IMG/VR virus record: IMGVR_UViG_3300032242_001530
Location: 1-57,399 of that record
DNA length: 57,399 nucleotides
Reading direction: 5' to 3' (one strand)
Origin: a virus
Taxonomy: Duplodnaviria > Caudoviricetes
The stretch's first letter is position 1. Each line of letters starts with the position of its first letter. Under the pieces are notes generated by a model. That model worked only from the letters and a program-made list of their open reading frames with translations. It had not been told where the DNA came from and did not search any database. Positions 1 to 8,322 of the stretch are shown here, one piece after another. The translations under genes were made by a program, and so were the position numbers.

Positions 1-207
1 AAGAAACAATCAACTGCTGCTAAAAATGATATTGCAAATGCCAGGGGGACTCGTGATCCTATAGGGAATAAGTCGTGGGTGGTGAATTCTGATAATAAGA
101 CCTACCGAAAGGAAAAGACTCCTGTCGGGTTCAAGAAGCATAAACGGACTTATAGCGAACAGGCCGTTCAGATCAAATCGTTCAAATCATTTATTTCTGA
201 AGATTGA
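1..207 (+). CDS. 3' end of a plus-strand gene (partial); basic protein with a homing-endonuclease-like DNA-binding character
   Basis: Frame 1 is open from base 1 to TGA at 205-207 (KKQSTAAK...KSWVVNSDNKTYRKEKTPVGFKKHKR...IKSFKSFISED*). Not in the ORF track because the start lies outside the window. Converges on, and overlaps by 21 nt, the 187..810 gene. Confidence 0.65.
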   Translation, partial: KKQSTAAKNDIANARGTRDPIGNKSWVVNSDNKTYRKEKTPVGFKKHKRTYSEQAVQIKSFKSFISED

Positions 208-810
208 GTAATACTCGGTACTAAACGGATTACCTTCGCTATCCGTACCATACTGATAGTATCTGATGGGCTGATCCTTCACTAAAATGCATACAGATTC
301 TCGCTTGGAGTTGCGATCTTGTGCTATATAATAATGCTTGATATCCTGAGTATTTAGATACTCTAGTATGTATTCTGGAATAGATTGATCTTTAGTCCAT
401 TCGAGACTGCGCGTCATCACATAGTAATAATCGGTCATCAGAACCGATACGCCTTTCCATTTTATAGAATAGATAGACATGTGCCTTTTATCGAGGCCCA
501 GGCTTTCATCGATAGGGCGTTCGAAGTACAGCTTATATTGCTGTTCACCCAAATCAAATGCAAACATTACAAACTCTGACCATGTATAGAGATCGTTGAT
601 ACTAGTCAGATACCTATAGGGAAAACCGAGTGATGTTGCTATGCTTTTTACCTGATCTATAGATATACTTTTGGCAGGTATCTTTACCAATACTCTGTTG
701 CGAATGCCGTTCTTCGCAGACTCCTCCAGATATACTACTCTATAGGAATCAAATACATTTACGAAATTGATTATACTATCATCTCGTATTGTGAGTAAAT
801 CCGATAGCAT
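187..810 (-). CDS. hypothetical protein (weak resemblance to ABBA/PatF-type prenyltransferases)
   Basis: 207-aa ORF abutting the upstream stop; motifs LEESAK, FAFDL..YKLYFE, IKW, DYY. Confidence 0.7.
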   Translation of the reverse strand: MLSDLLTIRDDSIINFVNVFDSYRVVYLEESAKNGIRNRVLVKIPAKSISIDQVKSIATSLGFPYRYLTSINDLYTWSEFVMFAFDLGEQQYKLYFERPIDESLGLDKRHMSIYSIKWKGVSVLMTDYYYVMTRSLEWTKDQSIPEYILEYLNTQDIKHYYIAQDRNSKRESVCILVKDQPIRYYQYGTDSEGNPFSTEYYSIFRNK

Positions 811-1218
811 TTACTTGTGATAAGCTTTCAATAGCTTTTGAGGAAAGTGAAAAGTATGTTTCGAGGTTGAAGCTCGTACATTGCCCTTGTCATCTATCCA
901 AGATTCATTATCAAATTCGATATCGTAGACATACTTCCCCTTATCGTAATCTACGGATATTACTGTTGCTGGTTCTCCTTCTTTTAGAAAATGCTTGCAG
1001 TGTGCCCATCCTGAAGCTTCTCCCGCCCAGTCCTCTTTCAGCGTTACTCTATCGCCTTCTTTGAATTTGGCAGCTTTCATGCAGCCCTCATAGTAACCCA
1101 GTATCTTTTCAAAATAATAGCTTGCAGGACCACCCGACATCGTAGAATTGAAAGATCTAAATGCCTCATCTAGATTTTGGATGTCCGTCACAATACGTTC
1201 TAATTTACTTCGTTTCAT
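811..1218 (-). CDS. hypothetical protein with SH3/KOW-like C-terminal domain
   Basis: 135 aa; KFKEGDRVTL...ATVISVD...YVYDIEFD pattern; GGAG SD supplied by the end of the upstream gene. Confidence 0.75.
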   Translation of the reverse strand: MKRSKLERIVTDIQNLDEAFRSFNSTMSGGPASYYFEKILGYYEGCMKAAKFKEGDRVTLKEDWAGEASGWAHCKHFLKEGEPATVISVDYDKGKYVYDIEFDNESWIDDKGNVRASTSKHTFHFPQKLLKAYHK

Positions 1219-1219
1219 A

Positions 1220-1570
1220 CTAAACTCCGAAATGTTTCTTAATCTGTGTTACTTTATTTTCCAACAATTCAAGTCCCTCTACATCACCCAAATAGCTCGG
1301 GGCAAATGCCTGATGGTGTTGCGTAGGCTCGACAATACTTAAACATTCTCTAACAATCAACTCAGCAAACTTGTTGATATCAAAAGATTGATTGCGGTCG
1401 TATATGTCTGGATTACTTCTAAATCCAGCCTGCTCAGCAAGTTGTTTAATTCGTTCGTTCATTTTATACTCTTTCAATATTGAGCAGTTTGGGTAATCAC
1501 AAAGGAATCCATCGACATGGGCACATCCAATATTTTTATATACATCACAACCTTTAACAGGATCGTTCAT
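1220..1570 (-). CDS. MNERI-family small protein fused in frame to a 36-aa four-Cys N-terminal peptide
   Basis: Internal ATG at 1462 begins MNERIKQLAEQAG...KFAELIVREC...IKKHFGV; paralogous to 8134..8322 and 8319..8570. Confidence 0.8.
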   Translation of the reverse strand: MNDPVKGCDVYKNIGCAHVDGFLCDYPNCSILKEYKMNERIKQLAEQAGFRSNPDIYDRNQSFDINKFAELIVRECLSIVEPTQHHQAFAPSYLGDVEGLELLENKVTQIKKHFGV

Positions 1571-1671
1571 TATATTAAATGTATAGCTAATAATACTATA
1601 AAAATAACCAATACAGCATAGTGTATTCTGGTCTTGATCTTTTCTTCTTTTTCCAATATTTTACTGAGCAT
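1570..1671 (-). CDS. 33-aa membrane peptide (not in ORF track)
   Basis: MLSKILEKEEKIKTRIHYAVLVIFIVLLAIHLI*; fills the gap exactly, with TAATG overlaps at both ends. Confidence 0.65.
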   Translation of the reverse strand: MLSKILEKEEKIKTRIHYAVLVIFIVLLAIHLI

Positions 1672-1862
1672 TATACGGTCTTTCTACATTCTAGTATACC
1701 TGGCAATGTACCTGATTCTTTTGCTGTTTTCTGCATTTCCTTGTATACATAATCCCGTGTCATAATACAATGATCCAAATTGCTAAAAGAATGCAACATC
1801 GTTTGGCTGAATCCCAGCTTACCGTTAGTCATTACAATTACTGTGAATATTAGTTCGTACAT
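1671..1862 (-). CDS. small exported/membrane protein with Cys pair
   Basis: 63 aa; hydrophobic N-terminus, F..LDHC...C. Confidence 0.75.
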   Translation of the reverse strand: MYELIFTVIVMTNGKLGFSQTMLHSFSNLDHCIMTRDYVYKEMQKTAKESGTLPGILECRKTV

Positions 1863-2041
1863 TACTTACCTTTCAGAATATTGTTACATTGTCCTCTGGC
1901 TTCAACAACTGTCATATAGTTAAAGTGTTCAAAACATCTATCGTAATACTCCTGTTTGCCCATACCATACCCTAAGGCCCATCCCAGAATAAATGTGAGT
2001 GTCGTTACTGCAATAATAACTGGCCATAAATCATCTTTCAT
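1862..2041 (-). CDS. 59-aa membrane-anchored protein with Cys pair (not in ORF track)
   Basis: MKDDLWPVIIAVTTLTFILGWALGYGMGKQEYYDRCFEHFNYMTVVEARGQCNNILKGK*; TAATG coupling to the next gene. Confidence 0.75.
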   Translation of the reverse strand: MKDDLWPVIIAVTTLTFILGWALGYGMGKQEYYDRCFEHFNYMTVVEARGQCNNILKGK

Positions 2042-2321
2042 TGATGTTCTCCTGAATCTTTTTCTCTATATCTTTTCTTTTCTCTTCCTCCAGTACAGCG
2101 CCCCAGATGGCTGAACCAACAAAGAATGTCATTAAGCCAGGTACGAAGAATAGACAGCTTGCAAAGAATCTGCCACCATCGCCATAGTTATAGCCAGATA
2201 TGGTTACTCCCATCCAGAACCAATAGAACAAGTCTATGATATTCATTAACATAGGCGAGCATAAGACCAGGCCAAATAGATATACTAGTGTTCCAATAAC
2301 TTTCCAATTAATCATTTTCAA
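2031..2321 (-). CDS. small membrane protein
   Basis: 96 aa; two or more hydrophobic segments and a charged tail. Confidence 0.75.
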   Translation of the reverse strand: MKMINWKVIGTLVYLFGLVLCSPMLMNIIDLFYWFWMGVTISGYNYGDGGRFFASCLFFVPGLMTFFVGSAIWGAVLEEEKRKDIEKKIQENINER

Positions 2322-2614
2322 ACATCGCTTCCATAATAAGTGCTCCGATTACGTAATTGTTCACCTACAGATGATTTGTCAATATCAAAGATGTCTTTTA
2401 TATTCTTAATGATTAGATCAGTAGCCCAGGTTATGTCCTTGTTCTCATACTGAGTAACACCCATCATTGCTACTTCTGAGATACAACGCTGGGCTACTAG
2501 CTTTGCGAATTTCTCATAGTTAAAATATTCATTAATCATCAAACGTTGCTGATCATATACCTGATGCCAAGCACCGCATTGTAGGGCTAATTCATTAATC
2601 TTTTCGTTATTCAT
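2318..2614 (-). CDS. divergent MNERI-family small protein
   Basis: MNNEKINELALQCG...EKFAKLVAQRC...IKDIF; start moved to ATG 2614 (ATGA overlap with the upstream stop). Confidence 0.75.
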   Translation of the reverse strand: MNNEKINELALQCGAWHQVYDQQRLMINEYFNYEKFAKLVAQRCISEVAMMGVTQYENKDITWATDLIIKNIKDIFDIDKSSVGEQLRNRSTYYGSDV

Positions 2615-2766
2615 GGGCAAATCTTTACAATATCTTCTGCTGAGCGATTAGCTTTCATTGCTTCAACCCGGCAAGTCTGTCTCATATCAGCACCCTTCCA
2701 TGCCATGAACACAATCAAGAAGATTATAATTAAGAACCCGATTCCTACCCATTTTTCTTCTGTCAT
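2611..2766 (-). CDS. 51-aa membrane-anchored protein with Cys pair (not in ORF track)
   Basis: MTEEKWVGIGFLIIIFLIVFMAWKGADMRQTCRVEAMKANRSAEDIVKICP*. Confidence 0.75.
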   Translation of the reverse strand: MTEEKWVGIGFLIIIFLIVFMAWKGADMRQTCRVEAMKANRSAEDIVKICP

Positions 2767-2771
2767 ATAAA

Positions 2772-2972
2772 TTAATCCTTATCTACTCTTACACAAATAT
2801 AAGCCTTGCGCGTATCAATGTTCTTTTTAGTTAATCTTCTCTCTTCTATATAGCATTCAGCAAAAGTTCGATAGTAGTCTAACGCATTATACTTAAGATC
2901 AAATTTTTGTGTTGCCGGATCTTGTACAAGCATCACTGCTACTAATACTACATCTGTTAGAGGCTTAAACAT
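2772..2972 (-). CDS. small protein with Cys pair, similar in layout to 1671..1862
   Basis: 66 aa; hydrophobic start, Y.TFAEC...YICV. Confidence 0.7.
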   Translation of the reverse strand: MFKPLTDVVLVAVMLVQDPATQKFDLKYNALDYYRTFAECYIEERRLTKKNIDTRKAYICVRVDKD

Positions 2973-2981
2973 ATTTGTAAT

Positions 2982-3179
2982 TTAGTTATTTTCGTTTAAC
3001 TTAACCACATCAATAAAATCTTGTTCTGCCTTCTCTCTTTTATATGCATCATAATCATGAAGGAATGTAGCGCCTGCCCATAGTAAAGCTAACCATGCGG
3101 ACACCATAATATCATAATACACATAAAATGCAAATAGCACAACACAAAATCCAGAACACGCCATTAGTAATTTTTTCAT
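2982..3179 (-). CDS. small two-TM membrane protein
   Basis: Start reassigned to MKKLLMACSG (ATG 3179, preceded by AAGGA). Confidence 0.7.
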   Translation of the reverse strand: MKKLLMACSGFCVVLFAFYVYYDIMVSAWLALLWAGATFLHDYDAYKREKAEQDFIDVVKLNENN

Positions 3180-3222
3180 CGTTTTATCCTTAACATCAAT
3201 CCTACAATTAAAATTACAAAGA

Positions 3223-3435
3223 TTAAAGTTGCCACGACTCATCCTTGTTTATTGCCTCGCATTGCAACTTAATCTCGAGATCCCTAACTGCTACAGTTAG
3301 CAATTCTATCTCACTCTCGTATCGGCTCAATCTACCTTCAAGATTCTCTATCAAATGATATGCATCAAGCAATGCCTCATTCTTTTGCTGAATACTATCA
3401 TGCAAATGCTCGATGTAAAGATTTTCTGCTTTCAT
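3223..3435 (-). CDS. small coiled-coil protein
   Basis: 70 aa with heptad Leu pattern. Confidence 0.7.
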   Translation of the reverse strand: MKAENLYIEHLHDSIQQKNEALLDAYHLIENLEGRLSRYESEIELLTVAVRDLEIKLQCEAINKDESWQL

Positions 3436-3443
3436 TTTGTTTC

Positions 3444-3680
3444 CTATATGTCCATGTTGTCAAGTAATTCTAATGCCATAGTATATTCATTAATCATATG
3501 ATCCATCTTACCTTCAGTGGCTCTATATGCTACAGTATTGTCTTTACGTTCTAATTCCATTGCGAAGATTTGATACTTGATGGCAGCACGAGCAATAGCC
3601 AATGCTGTCTCCTTATCCATTTTGATCTCTGTCTTTTTCCAAGCTTTTAGATCAATCTTATCGTTACCAAATGTATACAT
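3444..3680 (-). CDS. hypothetical protein
   Basis: 78-aa ORF coupled to the upstream stop. Confidence 0.65.
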   Translation of the reverse strand: MYTFGNDKIDLKAWKKTEIKMDKETALAIARAAIKYQIFAMELERKDNTVAYRATEGKMDHMINEYTMALELLDNMDI

Positions 3681-3868
3681 TATACAAACCCCAATATTGC
3701 ACCTAGTGGTGCTACAAAAATGCCAATGATTCTAATTATTAACTGACCTGTTAGCGGATCTAAAGGCATAGTCCATAGTGTGATAATATTCATTATCCAA
3801 CCGTATAATGAAAATCCGAAGATAATCAAAAATAATTGCCATGGTAGTATTAGTGCTAGTTTTTTCAT
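3680..3868 (-). CDS. small two-TM membrane protein
   Basis: MKKLALILP...YGWIMNI...IIRIIGIFVAPLGAILGFV; start at the ATGA overlap (3868). Confidence 0.75.
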   Translation of the reverse strand: MKKLALILPWQLFLIIFGFSLYGWIMNIITLWTMPLDPLTGQLIIRIIGIFVAPLGAILGFV

Positions 3869-4104
3869 ATGTAAAAGCATTCGCCTCGTTTGTCTGCACC
3901 GATAGCATCGTATACAATTTCGCGAACCATCGTATCCATTGTTTCGCCATATGTATCAGGATTGCTATCTGCTAATTGTCTAAGTTCTTCGTACGTCTGT
4001 GCCCAAGTATAATCGTTCTCGATTGCTCGTACTACAATACCATGTACTGCCTCGTTACCCTCAGGCGAATACATAGCATAATCTTTTGATCGTTCTTTAA
4101 TCAT
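3865..4104 (-). CDS. hypothetical early protein
   Basis: 79 aa, GAGG SD. Confidence 0.75.
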   Translation of the reverse strand: MIKERSKDYAMYSPEGNEAVHGIVVRAIENDYTWAQTYEELRQLADSNPDTYGETMDTMVREIVYDAIGADKRGECFYI

Positions 4105-4115
4105 ACTAGTTCCTC

Positions 4116-4367
4116 TTAAACTGTTTCTGTTTCAAAAATATGACCACACTGCATCTCATAGTCATAGAATGCAACTAACTCTTTGTCGCTATTGTAGTAT
4201 ACTGTTAAGCCACCTAAATCTTCAGACTTTGCAAATTGCGTAGCATTGTAGATTGATAGCTCAGTTGTAATCTCAAGTTCTTCAGAAAAATCTTTATCTC
4301 TAAAGTCAAATGTATAATCTGTTACAGAATTAATCATTTGTGACTGTGCATCTGTCAATTGAAACAT
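4116..4367 (-). CDS. acidic hypothetical early protein
   Basis: 83 aa; first gene after promoter 4395-4423; AAAGG SD. Confidence 0.75.
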   Translation of the reverse strand: MFQLTDAQSQMINSVTDYTFDFRDKDFSEELEITTELSIYNATQFAKSEDLGGLTVYYNSDKELVAFYDYEMQCGHIFETETV

Positions 4368-4394
4368 AGTTTACCTTTCTGTTGCTGTATCATA

Positions 4395-4423
4395 ATTATA
4401 ACACCTTTAGTGTTCTATGTCAA
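4395..4423 (-). promoter_or_regulatory. sigma70-type early promoter
   Basis: TTGACA-17 bp-TATAAT perfect consensus; spacer ends AGGTGT (extended -10). Confidence 0.9.
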
Positions 4424-4719
4424 GCAAGTTCTAACACCTTTGCAGGGAAACGGATAAATCCTTCATAATCTAACTGAGATTTCTCAAAGTCTGTCATGTA
4501 ATCGTCTGCAACCAACTCCCAACCTAGAATGTATTCCTCATACATAGGATGGTTGGCTTCTATATCGCCACGCACAGCCATAACCATAGCAGTTACTTCC
4601 GAATCGGATACGCGCTTGCCCATCGGAACATAGTAATCCATTCCGCCTTTAGATTTCCAATATGGTTGCTCTTCTGTACCATAATTTTCGCGAACCTGAG
4701 TCCAAATGTATAATTTCAT
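4420..4719 (-). CDS. hypothetical early protein
   Basis: 99 aa; TQVRENYG..YWKSKGG..DFEKSQLDYEG; AAGGA SD. Confidence 0.8.
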   Translation of the reverse strand: MKLYIWTQVRENYGTEEQPYWKSKGGMDYYVPMGKRVSDSEVTAMVMAVRGDIEANHPMYEEYILGWELVADDYMTDFEKSQLDYEGFIRFPAKVLELA

Positions 4720-4731
4720 ATTGCTTCCTTA

Positions 4732-4914
4732 TTAAGCGCCACTGGGGCTAGACATACCTTCACATTCCCAACCACAACCATTTTCGATTGTGCGATAGAC
4801 TTCCAAGTCTCCAAACAACTCAGCTTCCTCGAGCATCTCGCATGCTTGGTCTTCATCCTCCGCTTGGATAAACACCGATTCGACAACTACGCGTCTAAAA
4901 ACGAATTCTTTCAT
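4732..4914 (-). CDS. small acidic hypothetical protein
   Basis: 60 aa, ATGA coupling. Confidence 0.7.
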   Translation of the reverse strand: MKEFVFRRVVVESVFIQAEDEDQACEMLEEAELFGDLEVYRTIENGCGWECEGMSSPSGA

Positions 4915-5189
4915 ACTGCGTGTACCTTTCTAGAGTTTGCTTGTAACAACTTGTCTTCCATCATTTCTGATAAAATAAACTTTGCTATGTTCAATTGCTT
5001 GCGAACATATTCGTTGGAGTTAGGAGAAGGAATGTTGATATTGTTCATGGCCATCATCTCTTGTGCATCTGATAACACACCCATGACCACCATTTCCATA
5101 CCTGTTAATTCTGCTGTTAAAGATTCCATGTACTGAGTCTTAATATCTTCTACGCTCATACCAAACATCTTTTGCTCGCGTTCTGTCAT
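4911..5189 (-). CDS. hypothetical early protein
   Basis: 92 aa, AAGGAG SD, first gene after promoter 5220-5248. Confidence 0.8.
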   Translation of the reverse strand: MTEREQKMFGMSVEDIKTQYMESLTAELTGMEMVVMGVLSDAQEMMAMNNINIPSPNSNEYVRKQLNIAKFILSEMMEDKLLQANSRKVHAV

Positions 5190-5219
5190 TAACTACTCCT
5201 TGTTACTGTTTATGCCATA

Positions 5220-5248
5220 ATTATAACACCTTTTGATCAACCGGTCAA
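5220..5248 (-). promoter_or_regulatory. sigma70-type early promoter
   Basis: TTGACC-17 bp-TATAAT with AGGTGT before the -10. Confidence 0.88.
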
Positions 5249-5252
5249 GAGA

Positions 5253-5273
5253 AACCCTGCACGGAGCAGGGTT
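5253..5273 (-). terminator. GC-rich stem-loop directly upstream of the promoter (probable intrinsic terminator)
   Basis: 8-bp stem AACCCTGC/GCAGGGTT with 5-nt loop, followed by TCTCTT on the minus strand. Confidence 0.65.
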
Positions 5274-5277
5274 ACTA

Positions 5278-5304
5278 AAAGGTAATAAAAAGGTTTTACC
5301 TTTT
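5278..5304. repeat. 27-bp repeat, copy 1 (palindromic)
   Basis: AAAGGTAATAAAAAGGTTTTACCTTTT, identical to 10168-10194. Confidence 0.95.
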
Positions 5305-5773
5305 AGAGGGCTAAATGAATCTCGCTGTAACCCTCCTCTAGGGTAGGCATTTCGAAACCTTTTCGCATTTCCTCGAGGACAGTATCGGGTATCTCTTTCC
5401 CTGGCCTGCTATCTAATCTACGCTTTAGTTCTGCCGAATCGGGGGTCGAAAATACTACAGCAATATGCTTATAGTTAGGTAGCATGTTGAACTTACGTTT
5501 TCTGCTTATGACAGTAGTACTGGTCTGATCCCAGATTATATCATGTCCCAATTCACGCGCTCTAACTACTTGTTCTGCCATTAGTTCAACTGCTCGAGGC
5601 ATGTAATCTTTAAACACTTCAGAATATGTTTTACCTACTGATCTAGCATAATCTTCTACAAAGGCATCTGTAGAAACAACTGTTAGACCTAATGCCCATA
5701 CTTGATTTTTAATCCAAGTTGTCTTGCCTGATCCCGGCAGACCAACTAGTATGTATGCTTTAGGCTTGGACAT
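5303..5773 (-). CDS. P-loop kinase (AAA_33 / polynucleotide-kinase-like)
   Basis: Walker A GLPGSGKTT, IIWDQTS, lid R...RPGK; probable start MSKPKAYILVG at 5773. Confidence 0.88.
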   Translation of the reverse strand: MSKPKAYILVGLPGSGKTTWIKNQVWALGLTVVSTDAFVEDYARSVGKTYSEVFKDYMPRAVELMAEQVVRARELGHDIIWDQTSTTVISRKRKFNMLPNYKHIAVVFSTPDSAELKRRLDSRPGKEIPDTVLEEMRKGFEMPTLEEGYSEIHLAL

Positions 5774-6086
5774 AATCATTGATGTTTTCAGCAATCTCAT
5801 AGCCCCAATCATAGTTGGCTTGATATGCTGTTTCCCATTCTTCGGGTTCTTCATCTTGATCTACACCAATGAATCCCTCAAGTGCATATGCAAACCATTG
5901 TGCAAATTGTGCTTCATCTACAACATTATCAACAACACAATATGGCTTCTGAAGAATCTCTCTTAGCAAGTCCATATTTGTATTACCATCGACACATGCT
6001 TCAAGTTCTTCATCTGTTAAATGATCTATATGTATCATTCGATCTCGCCTTTCCATCAGTTCTTTGATTTCCCGCTTACGCCACAT
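5760..6086 (-). CDS. acidic hypothetical protein
   Basis: 108 aa, coupled to the upstream gene. Confidence 0.7.
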   Translation of the reverse strand: MWRKREIKELMERRDRMIHIDHLTDEELEACVDGNTNMDLLREILQKPYCVVDNVVDEAQFAQWFAYALEGFIGVDQDEEPEEWETAYQANYDWGYEIAENINDYVQA

Positions 6087-6298
6087 TACATTAGGCCTTC
6101 TTGTTGCTGTCGAATATACTCACCATATAAACGATTGTATGCTTGCCTTACTTCCATAGGCAACTTGGTTACATCCCAACCATTTGGATAATTGCCTGTA
6201 TCTTCTTTTTCAATTTGCTTAGCAATTGTATTTGCTAATTCGCGAGACAGTTGTATCTCTCTCATATAACCTGTTGGTGCTACTTCAAAATCACTCAT
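6086..6298 (-). CDS. hypothetical protein
   Basis: 70 aa, overlapping coupling. Confidence 0.75.
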   Translation of the reverse strand: MSDFEVAPTGYMREIQLSRELANTIAKQIEKEDTGNYPNGWDVTKLPMEVRQAYNRLYGEYIRQQQEGLM

Positions 6299-6704
6299 AC
6301 TCTTCCTCCTCTATAGGATCTGTTTCTATTACTATATGACCGAATTGAATTAGACCTTCCCAACCCGGTTCGCCTCTACCTCCACCCGTCACAAAATCTG
6401 TATCAAACTCTTGTATGGCTCCTAAGTCTAGCAAGTTATCATACTTATTAGCTTTGATATCTTCCATAAGGATACAACCAATTAGACCAGCATCTACACT
6501 ATATGAATGACCATAGTGATCGTAGTAAACTCCATCACCATACTTAGTGCGATATGTAGAAAAACGACGACCATCTTTTAGTTGAAATTCTCCATCTAAA
6601 CATTTACCTTCTTTAGTTATAGTAATGTCGCAGAACTCCGCCCATTCATCGTCATCCATTACATAACACAAGTCACCGATATAGTATTTACCTGCTGACA
6701 TCAT
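6291..6704 (-). CDS. conserved phage hypothetical protein
   Basis: GKYYIGDLCYV, TKYGDGVY and VDAGLIGCI motifs. Confidence 0.8.
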   Translation of the reverse strand: MMSAGKYYIGDLCYVMDDDEWAEFCDITITKEGKCLDGEFQLKDGRRFSTYRTKYGDGVYYDHYGHSYSVDAGLIGCILMEDIKANKYDNLLDLGAIQEFDTDFVTGGGRGEPGWEGLIQFGHIVIETDPIEEEEYE

Positions 6705-7459
6705 AATAACACTCCTTTATTTTTAAAACCAAATGGACATTTACTTTCTTTTTGATCTAGTATCTTTTTCCTAGTATTATAATTATTTAAAAAAGAAATA
6801 TGCGTTTGTGTATGTGCAGACATCTTGTCATATTCTATTGTATCCACACAATGATTTCTAATTTCAACTTCTTTATCAACTAAAGGAATCATATGGACTA
6901 TTGGTGTACCTGCTTTGATGTCTGCTTGCATATCTTCTTTTGCTAAAAACATATTAATATTTGAGGAATTTTGATATTTAAACTCTACAATACCTGGCAT
7001 AGCCACAATTTTATTGTTTATATCATTCCAAGGACACCCCGTCCAATAAAACCTAACACCTGTTTTTTCTTTTAACAACCAAGGGCTTAGTATTTTAATA
7101 TGTAGTTTATCATCAAAATGATTTCCAAATTGTTCTTTTTCATGCTGAATTATAGACAGTTTATCAGAATCAGAATTTACGTATGCCCACTCACCGCGAT
7201 TATTTGTTCCTATAAGTAATTCAGACCACAAAGGAATAATAAATCCAGTTTTATATAGATCTATAAAACCCTGACATCTTTTTATTGTTGATACAGGTAG
7301 AACCATCCCATTGTCTAATTTTTGTCCATATTGGTTGGGCATTCTTTTCCACCAATCTGGCAGGTACTCCATTGCTGGGGCAATAGGAAATAATTCAAGA
7401 ATACTAGAATGGCATGTAAATGAATCTAGAACAATTTTGGATTTTCTAAGGAAAAACAT
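6701..7459 (-). CDS. hypothetical protein, probable dUTPase-like beta fold; C-terminal CPF motif
   Basis: TIKRCQGF..GFIIPLW, KILSPW, PGIV and IKAGTPIVHMIP motifs; ends SKCPFGF. Confidence 0.75.
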   Translation of the reverse strand: MFFLRKSKIVLDSFTCHSSILELFPIAPAMEYLPDWWKRMPNQYGQKLDNGMVLPVSTIKRCQGFIDLYKTGFIIPLWSELLIGTNNRGEWAYVNSDSDKLSIIQHEKEQFGNHFDDKLHIKILSPWLLKEKTGVRFYWTGCPWNDINNKIVAMPGIVEFKYQNSSNINMFLAKEDMQADIKAGTPIVHMIPLVDKEVEIRNHCVDTIEYDKMSAHTQTHISFLNNYNTRKKILDQKESKCPFGFKNKGVLL

Positions 7460-7692
7460 TATATGCCTAGTTGTTTTTGAATCACACGAACAATCTCTCT
7501 TCGCATACCCTCAGTCATCTCAGTATATGCCCATGCAGGCAAATATTCATCAAGACGATTCTCATCTAAAGGCTCAGGTTTAATTCCATTTGCAAATTCT
7601 ACAAGCTGATCTAAAGTAAATGTCCAATCTGCGGGGGCATCTACTTTGGCACCAACACGTGATGCTAGTTTAACAATATCCATTCTATTCAT
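7459..7692 (-). CDS. hypothetical protein
   Basis: 77 aa, TAATG coupling. Confidence 0.7.
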   Translation of the reverse strand: MNRMDIVKLASRVGAKVDAPADWTFTLDQLVEFANGIKPEPLDENRLDEYLPAWAYTEMTEGMRREIVRVIQKQLGI

Positions 7693-8102
7693 TACGCTTC
7701 TCCTTCTTCTACAAGCATTAGTGGACCTTCAAGGATAATATCTGTATCATCATGTTCATATCCTAAATCCTCGAGACCTTCAAAGAAATTATAATCCCAT
7801 GCTAATTGTATTTCATTTTGTTCTTCTTCAGAAATATTATCTGAAAATGTTATGTCATTATACCAACCATCGTCGCAATATTCCATTTCCCAATCGTAAC
7901 GATTATCGCCGAAAACGTTATACTCACCCTGCTCATCATCTAATACAATATCAGGTTTTGTCTCTGATATACAAGTAAACTTACCCCAACGATATCCTTG
8001 ATGGATTACAATCTTCTTATCGTCTTTAGAGTAATACATTTCCTCCATTACAGATTTCTTATACTGTGTAGATAATGACCAAATTTTCTTTGCTTCTCTC
8101 AT
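7692..8102 (-). CDS. acidic hypothetical protein
   Basis: 136 aa, AGGAG SD. Confidence 0.8.
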   Translation of the reverse strand: MREAKKIWSLSTQYKKSVMEEMYYSKDDKKIVIHQGYRWGKFTCISETKPDIVLDDEQGEYNVFGDNRYDWEMEYCDDGWYNDITFSDNISEEEQNEIQLAWDYNFFEGLEDLGYEHDDTDIILEGPLMLVEEGEA

Positions 8103-8133
8103 TTCAATTCAACTCCTGATTGTGCTGTGCTAG

Positions 8134-8322
8134 TCATTCTTCAACTCCGAAATGTTGTTTCATCTCACTAACAATTTGTGGTCTGGTGCAGTATTCTACA
8201 CTACAATCAGATACGGTGTCAATACATTCTTTCACAATCAACTCGGCGAAATATTCGATAGATTCTTCATCTTTGTTTAAGAATCCAGCCTGTTCAGCAA
8301 GTTGTCTAATTCGTTCGTTCAT
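8134..8322 (-). CDS. MNERI-family small protein
   Basis: MNERIRQLAEQAG...YFAELIVKEC...MKQHFGVEE. Confidence 0.85.
   Translation of the reverse strand: MNERIRQLAEQAGFLNKDEESIEYFAELIVKECIDTVSDCSVEYCTRPQIVSEMKQHFGVEE

Noticed and set aside
2031-2045. 'INER*' ending of 2031..2321 as a MNERI remnant
   Set aside because: Explained by overlap with the start (ATGAAAGAT) of the 1862..2041 gene.
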